DNA of 64,000 bases from Candidatus Omnitrophota bacterium (GCA_002753465.1 PEAF01000003.1:13551-77550), one strand, 5' to 3'; shown: positions 9,046 through 18,930, counted from the first letter of the stretch. Program-made: numbers and translations. The notes: generated by a model not told the origin, from the sequence alone.

Positions 9046-9572
9046 TCGCCTTGAATGCCGCGCATTTCACGTCGCGCTTCCTGGTACGCCGACCTGAGTT
9101 TGTCGGCATATTTCATATTGGGAGGGACTAGTTTTAAATCAGCATAGCCGGCGCGGATCAGTTCAGCATTCAATAATTCACCTGAAGGAAGTATCACATA
9201 GGCCAGAATATTACCGTCGTTATCTCGTCGCTGGGTATCAAATTCAAGACGAACGTATTTGCCTTCAGCTAGTTTCTGTGTAAAACGAAAGGCCTCAAGC
9301 GCCAGCGGTGTTGTCGGATCAGTATCCGGAATGACGAATCCGTTTTCATCACGTTTTACATCCTGGTATTTAGGAGACTTGGAACGTTTGAGCCCGATCA
9401 GGGATATCTTTTCATCATTTTCGAGAAGAATGCGATCTATGGCTATGATCTGGGAGATACGGATATTTTGGTATTTGACAGATTGTTCAAGTAAAGGGTT
9501 TAAATCACCGGCAAAAGAGAGGGATGTCGACACCGAAAAAGTTAGAAAAAGTATAGTTAAGAATTTCTTCAT
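9039..9572 (-). CDS. secreted staphylococcal-nuclease-fold (SNase/OB) protein with a degenerate active site
   Basis: Signal peptide MKKFLTILFLTFSVSTSLSFA. SNase-like blocks EAFRFTQKLAEGKYVRLEFD, DNDGNILAYVILPSGELLNAELIRAGYA. The Ca/catalytic positions are not conserved (ISLIGLKRSK in place of RLxxxDxPE, and DNDGN in place of DxYGR). Confidence 0.7.
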   Translation of the reverse strand: MKKFLTILFLTFSVSTSLSFAGDLNPLLEQSVKYQNIRISQIIAIDRILLENDEKISLIGLKRSKSPKYQDVKRDENGFVIPDTDPTTPLALEAFRFTQKLAEGKYVRLEFDTQRRDNDGNILAYVILPSGELLNAELIRAGYADLKLVPPNMKYADKLRSAYQEARREMRGIQGEW

Positions 9573-9683
9573 AATTTTTTATTATAGCAGGATTTATCAA
9601 TAAAGACGTTTAAAAATGGAGCTTTACATAGAAATGATACAGGCGGGGCCGATCGACATTATGTCCTATATATACAAAAAAAG

Positions 9684-9757
9684 TGCCGAGGGAGAGATTC
9701 GAACTCTCGCCCCTACGGGTATGAACCGTATGCTCTAGCCAACTGAGCTACCTCGGC
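9684..9757 (-). tRNA. tRNA-Met (anticodon CAU), 74 nt, CCA not encoded
   Basis: Minus-strand sequence GCCGAGG TA GCTC AGTTGGCTA GAGC A TACGG TTCATAC CCGTA GGGGC GAGAG TTCGAAT CTCTC CCTCGGC A folds as a canonical cloverleaf. The anticodon loop is UUCAUAC. A T7 run follows the 3' end. Confidence 0.85.
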
Positions 9758-9800
9758 AAAATCTTTTCACAGAACATTTATAAGCCAGAAATGATGCGGA

Positions 9801-9829
9801 ATTATAAGATAAACTTCTATGAAATTCAA
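9801..9829 (-). promoter_or_regulatory. predicted sigma70-type promoter upstream of the tRNA
   Basis: Minus strand reads TTGAAT - 17 nt - TATAAT, about 40 nt upstream of the tRNA 5' end. Confidence 0.4.
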
Positions 9830-9837
9830 GAAGGAAT

Positions 9838-10143
9838 TTATTTAACAAAAAAGATGATGAACAGCAGCGCAAGAATAACAACGAAAGCGGCAATATAAAA
9901 ATCATTGTAAGACAGAAGGTCCTGCACACGTTCTTTCATTGTATAAGGGAACTTTACAGTTTCCGCCGTGATGTTGCCGGAATTCCTTAATGACAGTATA
10001 TCTTCACGTTTAAACCGTACGTATTGTCCGGCAATACGGTATGCCTGAAGTTTCTTTTCGTCGGAAAGTGACATCAATTTACCTTCACTGATGCCAAGGA
10101 TCTGAGCTGCTTCGCGTACGGTTACATACGGGCTTGTCGTCAT
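9838..10143 (-). CDS. tail-anchored membrane protein with an N-terminal excisionase/MerR-type HTH (HTH_17-like)
   Basis: N-terminal HTH VTVREAAQILGISEGKLMSLSDEKKLQAYRIAGQYVRFKREDI. C-terminal TM FYIAAFVVILALLFIIFFVK. ATGA overlap with the upstream bactofilin gene. Confidence 0.6.
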   Translation of the reverse strand: MTTSPYVTVREAAQILGISEGKLMSLSDEKKLQAYRIAGQYVRFKREDILSLRNSGNITAETVKFPYTMKERVQDLLSYNDFYIAAFVVILALLFIIFFVK

Positions 10144-10685
10144 TTAGAAGCTCCTGTGGCCGCCCAATGATCGATCTGGGCACGCTCAAACTTAGTATGA
10201 TCACCTTCCTGAACAAAAGGTATTTTGCCTGCACGAACCAATTCCCAGATAACTCCTTCTTCGATCTCTAGGTAGACGGCCAATTCTTTGATATTGAACC
10301 AGTCACCTGTCGGCGCATCGTTTAATGTCATATGGCACAGCCCCTGAAACACAGCCCCTTCAACAATATTTAATTTGGGTGCATGCAGATCGCCGATAAG
10401 TACCGCTGTTGGCATAAGGGTCAGGAGCTTTGTGGCATGGACATTGCCTTTGACCTTACCGGCAATGACAACATAATCACCGGTGATATTGGCTTCAACG
10501 CAAGCACGTCCGCCGACAGTCAGTGAGCCTTTAACATCTAAATTGCCAGAATACTTCCCGTTGATCCTTAGGTCAACAGGTTCTTTGAATGACAGTGTGC
10601 CATTCATTTCAGCATTAAGCTCAATAACGTTCGTTACCGGACTGGACGTATTTGGTTTGATCGGTTTCTTTTCCCCAAAAACCAT
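10140..10685 (-). CDS. bactofilin (DUF583) fused to a C-terminal excisionase-type HTH domain
   Basis: Bactofilin beta-helix repeats INGKYSGNLDVKGSLTVGGRACVEANITGDYVVIAGKVKGNVHATKLLTLMPTAVLIGDLHAPKLNIVEGAVFQG, then WFNIKELAVYLEIEEGVIWELVRAGKIPFVQEGDHTKFERAQIDHW. An AGGAGG SD precedes the ATG. Confidence 0.75.
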   Translation of the reverse strand: MVFGEKKPIKPNTSSPVTNVIELNAEMNGTLSFKEPVDLRINGKYSGNLDVKGSLTVGGRACVEANITGDYVVIAGKVKGNVHATKLLTLMPTAVLIGDLHAPKLNIVEGAVFQGLCHMTLNDAPTGDWFNIKELAVYLEIEEGVIWELVRAGKIPFVQEGDHTKFERAQIDHWAATGASK

Positions 10686-10712
10686 GAAACGCCTCCTGTG
10701 GATGACTTGATT

Positions 10713-10741
10713 CTTATAACAAAATGTTCTTTTGACGTCAA
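10713..10741 (-). promoter_or_regulatory. predicted sigma70-type promoter for the bactofilin-HTH pair
   Basis: Minus strand reads TTGACG - 17 nt - TATAAG in the 66-nt gap after tsaD. The -35 lies inside the palindrome TTTGACGTCAAA. Confidence 0.4.
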
Positions 10742-10751
10742 ATCAATAAGG

Positions 10752-11726
10752 TCAACGTTTTTGGGCGTAGGCCAAACCGGCGACCATGGCCGCATTGTCC
10801 ATGCATAGTGACATGGACGGAAAACTAACCAGTATGCCACTTTTGGCTGCTAATGTGTTCAGGCGCTCCCTTAATCCGGAGTTGGCAGCAACACCTCCGC
10901 CAACCAGCAATGTGCTGGACTTTCGTTTTAAGCACGCCTTTATACTTTTCTCCGCCAAAACTGATATGACGCTTTCCTGAAAAGCTGCCGCTACTTTATT
11001 AATTGAATAGCCTTCTGTGCCTGCATATTTCTGTGTGTGGTATAAAACTGCAGTTTTAACGCCGCTGAAACTGAAATCATGCGTTCCTTCAAGATTGGCT
11101 TTCGGAAAACGAAGCTCATTCTCACCGACGGAGCGTGCCAATTTATCGATCACAGGTCCACCGGGATATCCTAAATTAAGGATGCGCGCCACTTTATCAT
11201 AAGCTTCACCGGCGGCATCATCCCGTGTTTGTCCTATAACACCGAATGTATTGAAGTCTTTAATATTGAAAAGACTTGAATGACCACCCGAAACCACCAA
11301 TCCGATAGCAGGCAGTTCAAGTTCCTTGTAGATCGTTCGAAATCGTGAAGACCCTTTTTCGACCAGATAATTGGCGTAAATATGCGCATGGATATGATTA
11401 ACATGGATCAGGGGTTTTTTAAGGGCATACGCCATAGAATGCGCGAATGTGATACCGACCAGCAATGACCCGATCAACCCAGGATTTCGTGTAACCGCCA
11501 CAGCATCAATGTCGCTTATCTTAAGGCCCGCATCTTCCAGGGCTTTAGCTGTAACAATGTTGATATATTCTAATTGACGCCTTGAGGCGATCTCAGGAAT
11601 AATACCGCCGAATTTCTGATGTTCTTTAAGACTTGTGGCAACAACATTGGAAAGCACTTCCCTCCCGTCACGGACAATGCTGGCTGAAGTTTCGTCGCAG
11701 GATGTTTCAATGCCGAGGATATTCAT
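10752..11726 (-). CDS. tsaD: tRNA N6-adenosine threonylcarbamoyltransferase
   Basis: MNILGIETSCDETSASIV, HIHAHIYA, VVSGGHS, LLVGGGVAAN. Confidence 0.95.
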   Translation of the reverse strand: MNILGIETSCDETSASIVRDGREVLSNVVATSLKEHQKFGGIIPEIASRRQLEYINIVTAKALEDAGLKISDIDAVAVTRNPGLIGSLLVGITFAHSMAYALKKPLIHVNHIHAHIYANYLVEKGSSRFRTIYKELELPAIGLVVSGGHSSLFNIKDFNTFGVIGQTRDDAAGEAYDKVARILNLGYPGGPVIDKLARSVGENELRFPKANLEGTHDFSFSGVKTAVLYHTQKYAGTEGYSINKVAAAFQESVISVLAEKSIKACLKRKSSTLLVGGGVAANSGLRERLNTLAAKSGILVSFPSMSLCMDNAAMVAGLAYAQKR

Positions 11727-12583
11727 TTCTGAGCTTTAATATAATCTTTTAAAGAAAGGAATTCATAGCCCTGTTCTTTATACTTACGTATCTCTTCTTG
11801 TACGATCTGCAGGGTAAGCGCCCTATCATGTCCGATCATCAAAACAAAACCCTTGCTGCGGGCGATTTTTACGCCATCTTCAAAGGCACGTTCTATGGCA
11901 GCACGTTCATTACGGTTATCAAGAAAAACGTCTCTACGGGTAAAGCGAATGCCGGTTTCTTGAGCGACTTCGGCGCAAATGGAATGAACGCTTGTGACGC
12001 TATCCAGAAAGAAAAGGCCGCGTTTTTTAAGTTCAGTGATGATTGTCGTCATCATCGGTTTATCTTCTGTCGCTTTAGAGCCCATATGATTGTTAACGCC
12101 AATAACTCCCGGGTGCTCATCGAGGACCTTTTTAAGAAGCTTTAAGACCTCTTTTTGAGACATCCACGTGGTAAGGATATAGCCTCGCGGGTAAGGGTCC
12201 TTATTATTGTGCGGCTCTAAAGGTAAATGCAGAATTGGTTCCTGCCCTGCTGCAATGGCACACGCGATCACATCTTTAGAGTACTGAAGGCCAGGTAAAA
12301 CAGCCGGAGCTACCGGTACTCCAAAAGATTCCAGATACTTGCAATGTGACCGGTTAAAGCCCCAATCATCAAGAACGATCGCGATCTTGCCTTGCCCTTG
12401 TTTTGTCGGCACTGGTTTGACCAGCGGCTTCTTTTCAGGCTTGACGATTGGCGGTTTAGTAACAGGCGGCAGCGTCTGTTTCTTATTGAGTAAAATATAT
12501 CCTTGAATGCAAACAATAGCGATCAATACCCATATTAAGGGCATCAACCAGGATGCATTCTTTTTACCATTTGGAGCAGGCAT
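11723..12583 (-). CDS. divergent polysaccharide deacetylase (YibQ family)
   Basis: N-terminal TM, Pro/Lys-rich linker, then IAIVLDDWGFN...NNHMGSKATED...MIGHDR. Confidence 0.8.
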   Translation of the reverse strand: MPAPNGKKNASWLMPLIWVLIAIVCIQGYILLNKKQTLPPVTKPPIVKPEKKPLVKPVPTKQGQGKIAIVLDDWGFNRSHCKYLESFGVPVAPAVLPGLQYSKDVIACAIAAGQEPILHLPLEPHNNKDPYPRGYILTTWMSQKEVLKLLKKVLDEHPGVIGVNNHMGSKATEDKPMMTTIITELKKRGLFFLDSVTSVHSICAEVAQETGIRFTRRDVFLDNRNERAAIERAFEDGVKIARSKGFVLMIGHDRALTLQIVQEEIRKYKEQGYEFLSLKDYIKAQK

Positions 12584-12592
12584 GAAGTCTTC

Positions 12593-14074
12593 TTATTTTT
12601 CGATTGTTTGTAATGTTTTATAGACACGAATGCCTTTTATTACACTTATGGCACTTTGTATCTGATTGTCATCAACCATACGTTTCTTTGTCATCTCTTC
12701 ACGCTTACGCTTTTCAACGACATTGGGATCATCAATACCTTCTAATTCAAGTTTCTCAAAGATCTCTTTGGCAGCTTTGTCCTTTTTAACCTTTTTATCA
12801 GTCTTTAAAGAGTCCTTTGTTTCGGCCTCTTCATCATTATCGCCTGCGGATTCATCGCCTTTGGGATAAATACGTTCAACGACAATATCCGGAACAATGC
12901 CTATTTCATGGATACAGACACCTGAAGGCGTAAAATATTTACTGGTCGTTAAACGAAGGCCTGACCCATCAGGAAGCGGTATAACAGATTGAACAGAGCC
13001 TTTCCCGTAAGATTTTGCCCCTAAAATAACCGCACGCTTATTATCCTTAAGAGCTCCGGCAAGGATCTCACTCCCTGAAGCGCTGCCTTCATTGATCATA
13101 AGGACGATCGGCCAGTCAGCGAATTCATTCTTATTGTTATGTGAAATGCTGATCGTGTTCTGTGCAGGATGACGTCCTTTAGTAGAAACAATCGTTTTTC
13201 CTGAAGGAAGGAACATTTCACTGATGTCTATCGCCACGTTTAAAAGGCCGCCGGGATTATTACGCACGTCAAGGATAAGGGCGGTAGCCCCCTCTTCTTT
13301 GAGCTTAAGAAGGGCTTTGTGCATTTGAGTGTATGAATCTTCCCTGAATTCAACAAAACGTAAGTAGGCGATATTGTCTGTGATTATATGCGGATCTTTA
13401 ATGTCCTGAACATGAATGATCTCCCGCGTGATCTCAAATTCATGGATCTTGAATTCAGACTCACGTAAGATGGTGATGTGGACTTTGCTCCCGGGTTCAC
13501 CACGCAATTTCTTCACGGCTTGGCTTAAGGTCATATCACGCGTTAATTCTTTTTCGATCTTAACGATCTTATCGCCGGCCTTCAGTCCTACTTTCCACGC
13601 AGGGGTATCTTCAATAGGTGTCACGACCGTCAAAAGCCCGTCACGGATAGATATTTCAATGCCTAACCCGCCGAATTTTCCCTGCGTATCTGTTTTAAGC
13701 TCATCATAATCTTCAGGTGTTAAGAACTGACTGTGAGGATCAAGGGAATTCAGCATGCCGGTCAAAGCCCCATAGATCACATCTTTAGGCTTCTTTTCCT
13801 CAACGTATTCACTCATGATGGTCGAGAGCGTGTAGCTGAAAAGTTCTACCTGAGAATAAAGGTCTTCGGGGCCTTTGTTGGTAGAATTTTTTTCGACCTT
13901 GGTTTGTTCTCCGGCAGGCACATTGATTTCTGCTGGAGTCACAACAGCCTTGGGGTCGATCGCAGGAGCCGCCTTGGTCGAAGTGTTCTTCTCGGATTGA
14001 GACCCTGCAAAAGTCGTGAAGCACACGATTCCAATGCTCAGAAAGAGAATGGATAAAAGGACCTTCTTAAGCAT
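12593..14074 (-). CDS. ctp: carboxy-terminal processing protease (S41, Ctp/Prc) with a long charged C-terminal tail
   Basis: PDZ (GLKAGDKIVKI), then S41 core LILDVRNNPGGLL, INEGSASGSEILAGAL, SYGKGSVQ. I prefer the ATG at 14074 ([12 protein letters not shown]) because an AAGGAG lies 8 nt upstream. The track ORF starts at 14101. Confidence 0.9.
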   Translation of the reverse strand: MLKKVLLSILFLSIGIVCFTTFAGSQSEKNTSTKAAPAIDPKAVVTPAEINVPAGEQTKVEKNSTNKGPEDLYSQVELFSYTLSTIMSEYVEEKKPKDVIYGALTGMLNSLDPHSQFLTPEDYDELKTDTQGKFGGLGIEISIRDGLLTVVTPIEDTPAWKVGLKAGDKIVKIEKELTRDMTLSQAVKKLRGEPGSKVHITILRESEFKIHEFEITREIIHVQDIKDPHIITDNIAYLRFVEFREDSYTQMHKALLKLKEEGATALILDVRNNPGGLLNVAIDISEMFLPSGKTIVSTKGRHPAQNTISISHNNKNEFADWPIVLMINEGSASGSEILAGALKDNKRAVILGAKSYGKGSVQSVIPLPDGSGLRLTTSKYFTPSGVCIHEIGIVPDIVVERIYPKGDESAGDNDEEAETKDSLKTDKKVKKDKAAKEIFEKLELEGIDDPNVVEKRKREEMTKKRMVDDNQIQSAISVIKGIRVYKTLQTIEK

Positions 14075-15503
14075 GATGCAATCTCCTTGTGAAAATATCA
14101 TTAAGTTTTTTAGGGTTCGCCTTGCCCTGAGTTTTTTTCATGGCTTGTCCGACAAGAAATCCCAGCGCCGTTGTCTTTCCTGAAAGAATTTCTTGTACGG
14201 TCTTCTGGTTCTGGGCTAATAGTTCATCGACGATCTTTTCTAATGCGGCATCGTCAGACACCTGGGCGATACCCTTCTCTGCGATCAACACATCAGCATC
14301 TTTAGCTGTCAGGACTATATCACTTAAAAGGTCTTTAGCGGCGATATTGCTGATCGTCCCGTCTTCAACGCGTGTAATGAGCTTAACAAGATTCAACGGC
14401 GACAAGTGAAGTTGTGTCAGTCCCAGTTTCCGTTCATTCATTTCTTTTAAGATCGGCCCGTTGATCCAGTTCGCGATCTTTTTAGTATCAGGATAACTTT
14501 TAGCACATGTTTCAAAAAAATCTGCCAGCGACTGGTCCTGAATGAGTATCCCTGCATCATATGTTGAAAGTTTGTACGCTGATACAAATCTTGACAATTT
14601 GGCCTGCGGCAATTCAGGCAGGCTTTGACGCATATTTTCAATAACATCACTCTTGATAATAAAAGGGACCAGATCAGGTTCCGGGAAGTATCGATAATCA
14701 TGCGCCTGCTCTTTACTGCGCATAGAAACGGTACGCCCCTTGGCTTCATCCCATAACAGTGTTTCCTGAACAATGCTTCCGCCGGAAAGAATAACCGTTG
14801 TTTGACGAGCTACTTCAAAATCAATGGCACGCTTGACAGCGCTGAAAGAGTTCAGGTTTTTAAGTTCAGCCTTTGTCCCAAGTTTAATCTGGCCAAGAGG
14901 GCGAATAGAAACGTTCGCATCACAGCGTAATGAGCCCTTTTCCATATCGCAATCGGAAACATTAAGATATGAAAGGATCAGCTTGAGCCCGGTTAAATAG
15001 TCATAAGCTTCTTGTGAAGAGCGAAGATCTGGCTCAGAAACGATCTCAATGAGCGGCGTTCCCGTTCGATTGTAATCGACCAAAGTGCAGGCATTGACCG
15101 TATCGTGAATAAGCTTTCCAGCATCTTCCTCAAGATGGGCGCGCGTAATGCCGATCCGCTTTTCTTTTCCGTCGACAAGGATATCAAGGAACCCTAGTTT
15201 GGCGATCGGAAAGTCAAATTGAGATATTTGATACCCTTTCGGGAGATCCGGATAAAAATAATTCTTACGGTCAAACTTGACGAAGGAATTGATCGAGCAG
15301 TTTAGCGCAAGTCCGACCTTCATACCGTACTCAAGGACCCGACGGTTTAAAACAGGCAGGGTCCCCGGTAAACCGAGACATACAGGACATACGTTCGTAT
15401 TTGGCGCACTGCCAAACTCATTAAGGCAACCGCAGAATATCTTTGTTTTGGTTTTAAGCTGAAGATGAACTTCAAGCCCGATAACTGTCTCAAAAGTTGT
15501 CAT
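14067..15503 (-). CDS. gatB: Asp/Glu-tRNA amidotransferase subunit B
   Basis: 478 aa, [23 protein letters not shown]. Confidence 0.97.
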   Translation of the reverse strand: MTTFETVIGLEVHLQLKTKTKIFCGCLNEFGSAPNTNVCPVCLGLPGTLPVLNRRVLEYGMKVGLALNCSINSFVKFDRKNYFYPDLPKGYQISQFDFPIAKLGFLDILVDGKEKRIGITRAHLEEDAGKLIHDTVNACTLVDYNRTGTPLIEIVSEPDLRSSQEAYDYLTGLKLILSYLNVSDCDMEKGSLRCDANVSIRPLGQIKLGTKAELKNLNSFSAVKRAIDFEVARQTTVILSGGSIVQETLLWDEAKGRTVSMRSKEQAHDYRYFPEPDLVPFIIKSDVIENMRQSLPELPQAKLSRFVSAYKLSTYDAGILIQDQSLADFFETCAKSYPDTKKIANWINGPILKEMNERKLGLTQLHLSPLNLVKLITRVEDGTISNIAAKDLLSDIVLTAKDADVLIAEKGIAQVSDDAALEKIVDELLAQNQKTVQEILSGKTTALGFLVGQAMKKTQGKANPKKLNDIFTRRLHHA

Positions 15504-16930
15504 AAGACGGCCCTGCGCTCATGCCATGGCGTTGCTTGCTCATAAGCATATGCGGCACGTAATACTGTTTCCTCAGCAAAAGGCTTGGCCATGAACTGCA
15601 ACCCAATCGGCAATGAAGCCGAATCAAATCCGCAAGGGATTGAAATAGCAGGGATACCTGCCAAATTGGCCGGTATTGTAAAAATATCCGAAAGGTACAT
15701 CGCGATTGGATCGTCCATCTTTTCACCGATCTTAAAAGAAGTAGTCGGTGATGTGGGTGAAATAATTACATCACATTCATTAAATGCTTTATCAAAGTCC
15801 TGTTTGATGAGGGTCCTTACTTTCTGTGCACGCAAATAATAAGCCTCATAATAACCAGACGAAAGAACATAGGTCCCCAGCATGATGCGGCGCTTGGCTT
15901 CATTGCCAAAGCCCTGGGCACGCGTTTCTTCATACATATCAAGCAAAGAACTTTTCCGCGGCACAGAAGGCATGGCGCGCAGACCAAACTCTACCCCGTC
16001 AAAGCGTGCCAGATTTGAACTTGCTTCAGCTGTAGCAACGATGTAATAAGTGGCAACCGCGTATTCTGTATGCGGTAGCGATAGCGGCACGATCAGAGCT
16101 CCCTGCCCTTTAAGCACTTCAATAGCTTTATTAACGGCGGTTAAAACCTCAGGCTGTATCCCGTCAATGAAATATTCTTTCGGGATACCGATGCGCAAAC
16201 CTTTAACATCTTTTGTCAGTGCTTGAGTGTAATCCGGAACAGCTACATCCATGGACGTAGAATCTCTGGGGTCGAATCCACCGATAACATTCAGCAAAAG
16301 CGCACAGTCAGTCACGTCTTTTGTAAGTGGGCCGATCTGGTCGAGGCTTGAGCCAAAGGCGATCAACCCGTAACGGGATACACGACCATAAGTTGGCTTA
16401 AGGCCGACAATGCCGCAAAAAGACGCGGGTTGCCGAATAGAACCGCCCGTATCACTGCCTAGCGCCCATACAACCTGACCTGCGGCAACAGCAGCAGCGG
16501 AACCACCGGATGAACCGCCAGGGACCCTGCTTAAGTCCCATGGATTGCGAGATGGACCATAAAAAGAAGTTTCGCAAGATGATCCGAAAGCGAACTCATC
16601 CATATTAAGGCCGCCGAAAATGACATTCCCTGCGCCGCGCAATTTTTCAACGACACAAGCATCATACGGAGGTCTGAACCCATCCAGTATCCTGGATCCG
16701 CACGTTGTTAAATGTCCCTTGATACAAATATTGTCTTTAATACCAACCGGCAACACATCACCATCTGTGTTTAAAATAGTTACGGCATCCGGCGTCCGAA
16801 TAAAAGCGTTAGTTTTAGGATTAACAAGGCTATTACGTTCAATGATGGCCGCTTTTAGCGCTGAAGGTTTTAATTCTGAGCATTGGATCTTTTTAAGGAT
16901 CTCGTTGGCAGTGAGGTCAAAAAGATTCAT
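15500..16930 (-). CDS. gatA: Asp/Glu-tRNA amidotransferase subunit A
   Basis: Amidase signature [14 protein letters not shown]...[16 protein letters not shown]. Confidence 0.97.
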   Translation of the reverse strand: MNLFDLTANEILKKIQCSELKPSALKAAIIERNSLVNPKTNAFIRTPDAVTILNTDGDVLPVGIKDNICIKGHLTTCGSRILDGFRPPYDACVVEKLRGAGNVIFGGLNMDEFAFGSSCETSFYGPSRNPWDLSRVPGGSSGGSAAAVAAGQVVWALGSDTGGSIRQPASFCGIVGLKPTYGRVSRYGLIAFGSSLDQIGPLTKDVTDCALLLNVIGGFDPRDSTSMDVAVPDYTQALTKDVKGLRIGIPKEYFIDGIQPEVLTAVNKAIEVLKGQGALIVPLSLPHTEYAVATYYIVATAEASSNLARFDGVEFGLRAMPSVPRKSSLLDMYEETRAQGFGNEAKRRIMLGTYVLSSGYYEAYYLRAQKVRTLIKQDFDKAFNECDVIISPTSPTTSFKIGEKMDDPIAMYLSDIFTIPANLAGIPAISIPCGFDSASLPIGLQFMAKPFAEETVLRAAYAYEQATPWHERRAVL

Positions 16931-17211
16931 TCAATAACCTTGGGGACTTTATAGGCGCCGTTCAACTTCTCTACACTGAAGGCCAGAGCTTGTTCCTGGG
17001 AAAGGCTGGGTTTAACCGTATCGTCACGAAAAACATTCTCCATATCCAAAACATGACTGGTAGGTTTAACCTGTGAAACATCAAGAGAATTAAGCTTCTC
17101 GACGTAATGCAGAATAGCTTCCAGGTCGCCAGCGAACTTCTGAGCCTGAACCTCATTAATATGAAGCTTGGCCAAGCCGCTTATATAGTTTACTGTTTCG
17201 CGTGTGATCAT
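16927..17211 (-). CDS. gatC: Asp/Glu-tRNA amidotransferase subunit C
   Basis: [26 protein letters not shown]...; 94 aa from the ATG at 17211. The track ORF extends to 17277. Confidence 0.9.
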   Translation of the reverse strand: MITRETVNYISGLAKLHINEVQAQKFAGDLEAILHYVEKLNSLDVSQVKPTSHVLDMENVFRDDTVKPSLSQEQALAFSVEKLNGAYKVPKVIE

Positions 17212-17286
17212 TTCATCCCTTTTTTTGAAGGAAATAATATTAGCATCCGACGTCATAGCATACAAGGAGAAAGTCAAATATGAAGG

Positions 17287-18930
17287 CTAGGAGGACGCAT
17301 TTGATACTGTCAGTTTTTTGGGGATCGTGAAATGGAACTCTGAGCCATGCCCTTGCTCAGAAATGACCCAAACTTTGCCGCCATGATCATCAATAACGCT
17401 TTTAACGATACTTAAACCGGCTCCAGTCCCTTCATACTTCTCGGACACGTCAAGCCGTTTGAACATGGCAAAGATATCTTCGTGATGTTCCGGCGGGATT
17501 CCTATGCCGTTATCTTTAATAATGAATTCATAGTGGTCAGCGTGATTTAGCGTTGTGATCGTGACCTTGGGCTGAACGTCGGGTCTTCCCGATGAGAATT
17601 TGATGGCATTGGTCATCAGGTTTAAAAATACTTCTTTTAATTTGATCGGGTCGCAGATAATCGTCGGCATCGTTGAATCTATATGGAGATCGACTCTATT
17701 TTGCTTGATCTTGTAATCCAGGGTTGCGACAAGATCTTCCAGCATACTGGCCGTAGATACTTCCTGATAAGGATTACGGATACGCGAGATGCGTGTCAGA
17801 GCTAAAAGATCATTGATCAAAGCGTTAGAACGGTCCACTCCGCGGCAAACACCGTTAATACTGTCCTGTCCTTTTTTATCCAAGTTAGCATAATGATGGG
17901 TTTTCAGGAAATCAGCATACCAGGCGATACCCATCAGCGGTGAACGGATGTCATGACTGACTGTATGCACAAAACGATCAAGCTCCTGATTTATCTTTTC
18001 CAGATCCTTCTTCTGTTGAGCTGTAAGGTCAAGGTTGAATTGCAGGACTTTACTTTGTTGCTCCAGTTTATCACGCGCATCAGCCAACTGCCCTGACATA
18101 CGGTTGAACTCACAGCTAAGAATGCCCAGTTCATCTTTGGATGACTCATCAAGCTTTACCGATAAATTACCGCTGCCGATCTGATGCGTAGCTTTAAGCA
18201 AATGTCTTAAGGGCTCGTTAAAGCTGCGGATGATGGAAAACGCCAGGGCCAGGCTGGCCAGAAAGCTTGAAATAAAAATAGTCCACAATAAATATTGCGT
18301 TGTGGTTTCATATTTCCCGGCATTTGTGACAGATATTTGAGTGAATACCTGTATCTTATCAAGGAGTTTTTGAAGTTCAGTCGCAAGTTTACGTTCATCG
18401 GTCTGGATCTGGTTAATATCTTCGGGAGATATTTCATATTGCGCCGCATCGACATTCTTGAAGATCTCGTTGGCCATGGCATCATAATGAATATGAGCTT
18501 TTTCGATTTCTTTCAGTACAGAAGTAACTTCTTCGAGATCCTGCCTGGCCTTTGGCGTCGCAGCAGAAGACATGGACTGGCTGACCATGACTTTGGCATT
18601 AACAATATTAAGAGCGCCTTCTTTAGCCAATGCATCAAAATCTTTCCTGGCTAACTTTATATGAAAAAGTAAATGCTCTTTCCGTGCCGCATTAACTTGC
18701 TGATAAGCCAGCTCTTCAGTGATACGACGCAAGCGTTCAAAAATGATCGCTTTTTGCTGTTGCTGTTTAGTGATCATGGTGGCTGACTGCATAAGCACAA
18801 CGTCTTTGTTAACGACCGTATGCAATTCACGCCCGACACCCTTAAGTAAAGTAATACTGATGATGCCATTAACAGCCAGGATCAACAGGAAAAATGTAAT
18901 GAGGGCGATGATCTTTGTGGCAATCTTCAT
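17287..18930 (-). CDS. sensor histidine kinase (2 TM, helical extracytoplasmic domain, HAMP, HisKA, HATPase_c)
   Basis: H-box FVHTVSHDIRSPL, N/G boxes NLMTNAIKF, DNGIGI, GTGAGLSIVK. There is no adjacent response regulator. Confidence 0.85.
   Translation of the reverse strand: MKIATKIIALITFFLLILAVNGIISITLLKGVGRELHTVVNKDVVLMQSATMITKQQQQKAIIFERLRRITEELAYQQVNAARKEHLLFHIKLARKDFDALAKEGALNIVNAKVMVSQSMSSAATPKARQDLEEVTSVLKEIEKAHIHYDAMANEIFKNVDAAQYEISPEDINQIQTDERKLATELQKLLDKIQVFTQISVTNAGKYETTTQYLLWTIFISSFLASLALAFSIIRSFNEPLRHLLKATHQIGSGNLSVKLDESSKDELGILSCEFNRMSGQLADARDKLEQQSKVLQFNLDLTAQQKKDLEKINQELDRFVHTVSHDIRSPLMGIAWYADFLKTHHYANLDKKGQDSINGVCRGVDRSNALINDLLALTRISRIRNPYQEVSTASMLEDLVATLDYKIKQNRVDLHIDSTMPTIICDPIKLKEVFLNLMTNAIKFSSGRPDVQPKVTITTLNHADHYEFIIKDNGIGIPPEHHEDIFAMFKRLDVSEKYEGTGAGLSIVKSVIDDHGGKVWVISEQGHGSEFHFTIPKKLTVSNASS

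Noticed and set aside
9684-9757. The idea that the CAU tRNA is tRNA-Ile2, the TilS substrate, because tilS lies two genes downstream.
   Set aside because: The anticodon alone cannot distinguish Met from Ile2. The arm sequences (GCTCAGTTGGCTAGAGCATACGGTTCATACCCGT) look like elongator tRNA-Met as I remember it from Bacillus. I see none of the acceptor-stem features I associate with TilS recognition. I kept it as tRNA-Met. A covariance-model classifier would settle the question.
9838-10685. Excisionase-family HTH domains as a sign of a prophage or integrative element next to a tRNA.
   Set aside because: There is no integrase, no att-like duplication of the tRNA 3' end that I could see, and no phage genes. 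The flanks are core genes (tsaD, tilS). One HTH is fused to bactofilin and the other to a TM anchor, so they are not stand-alone Xis proteins.
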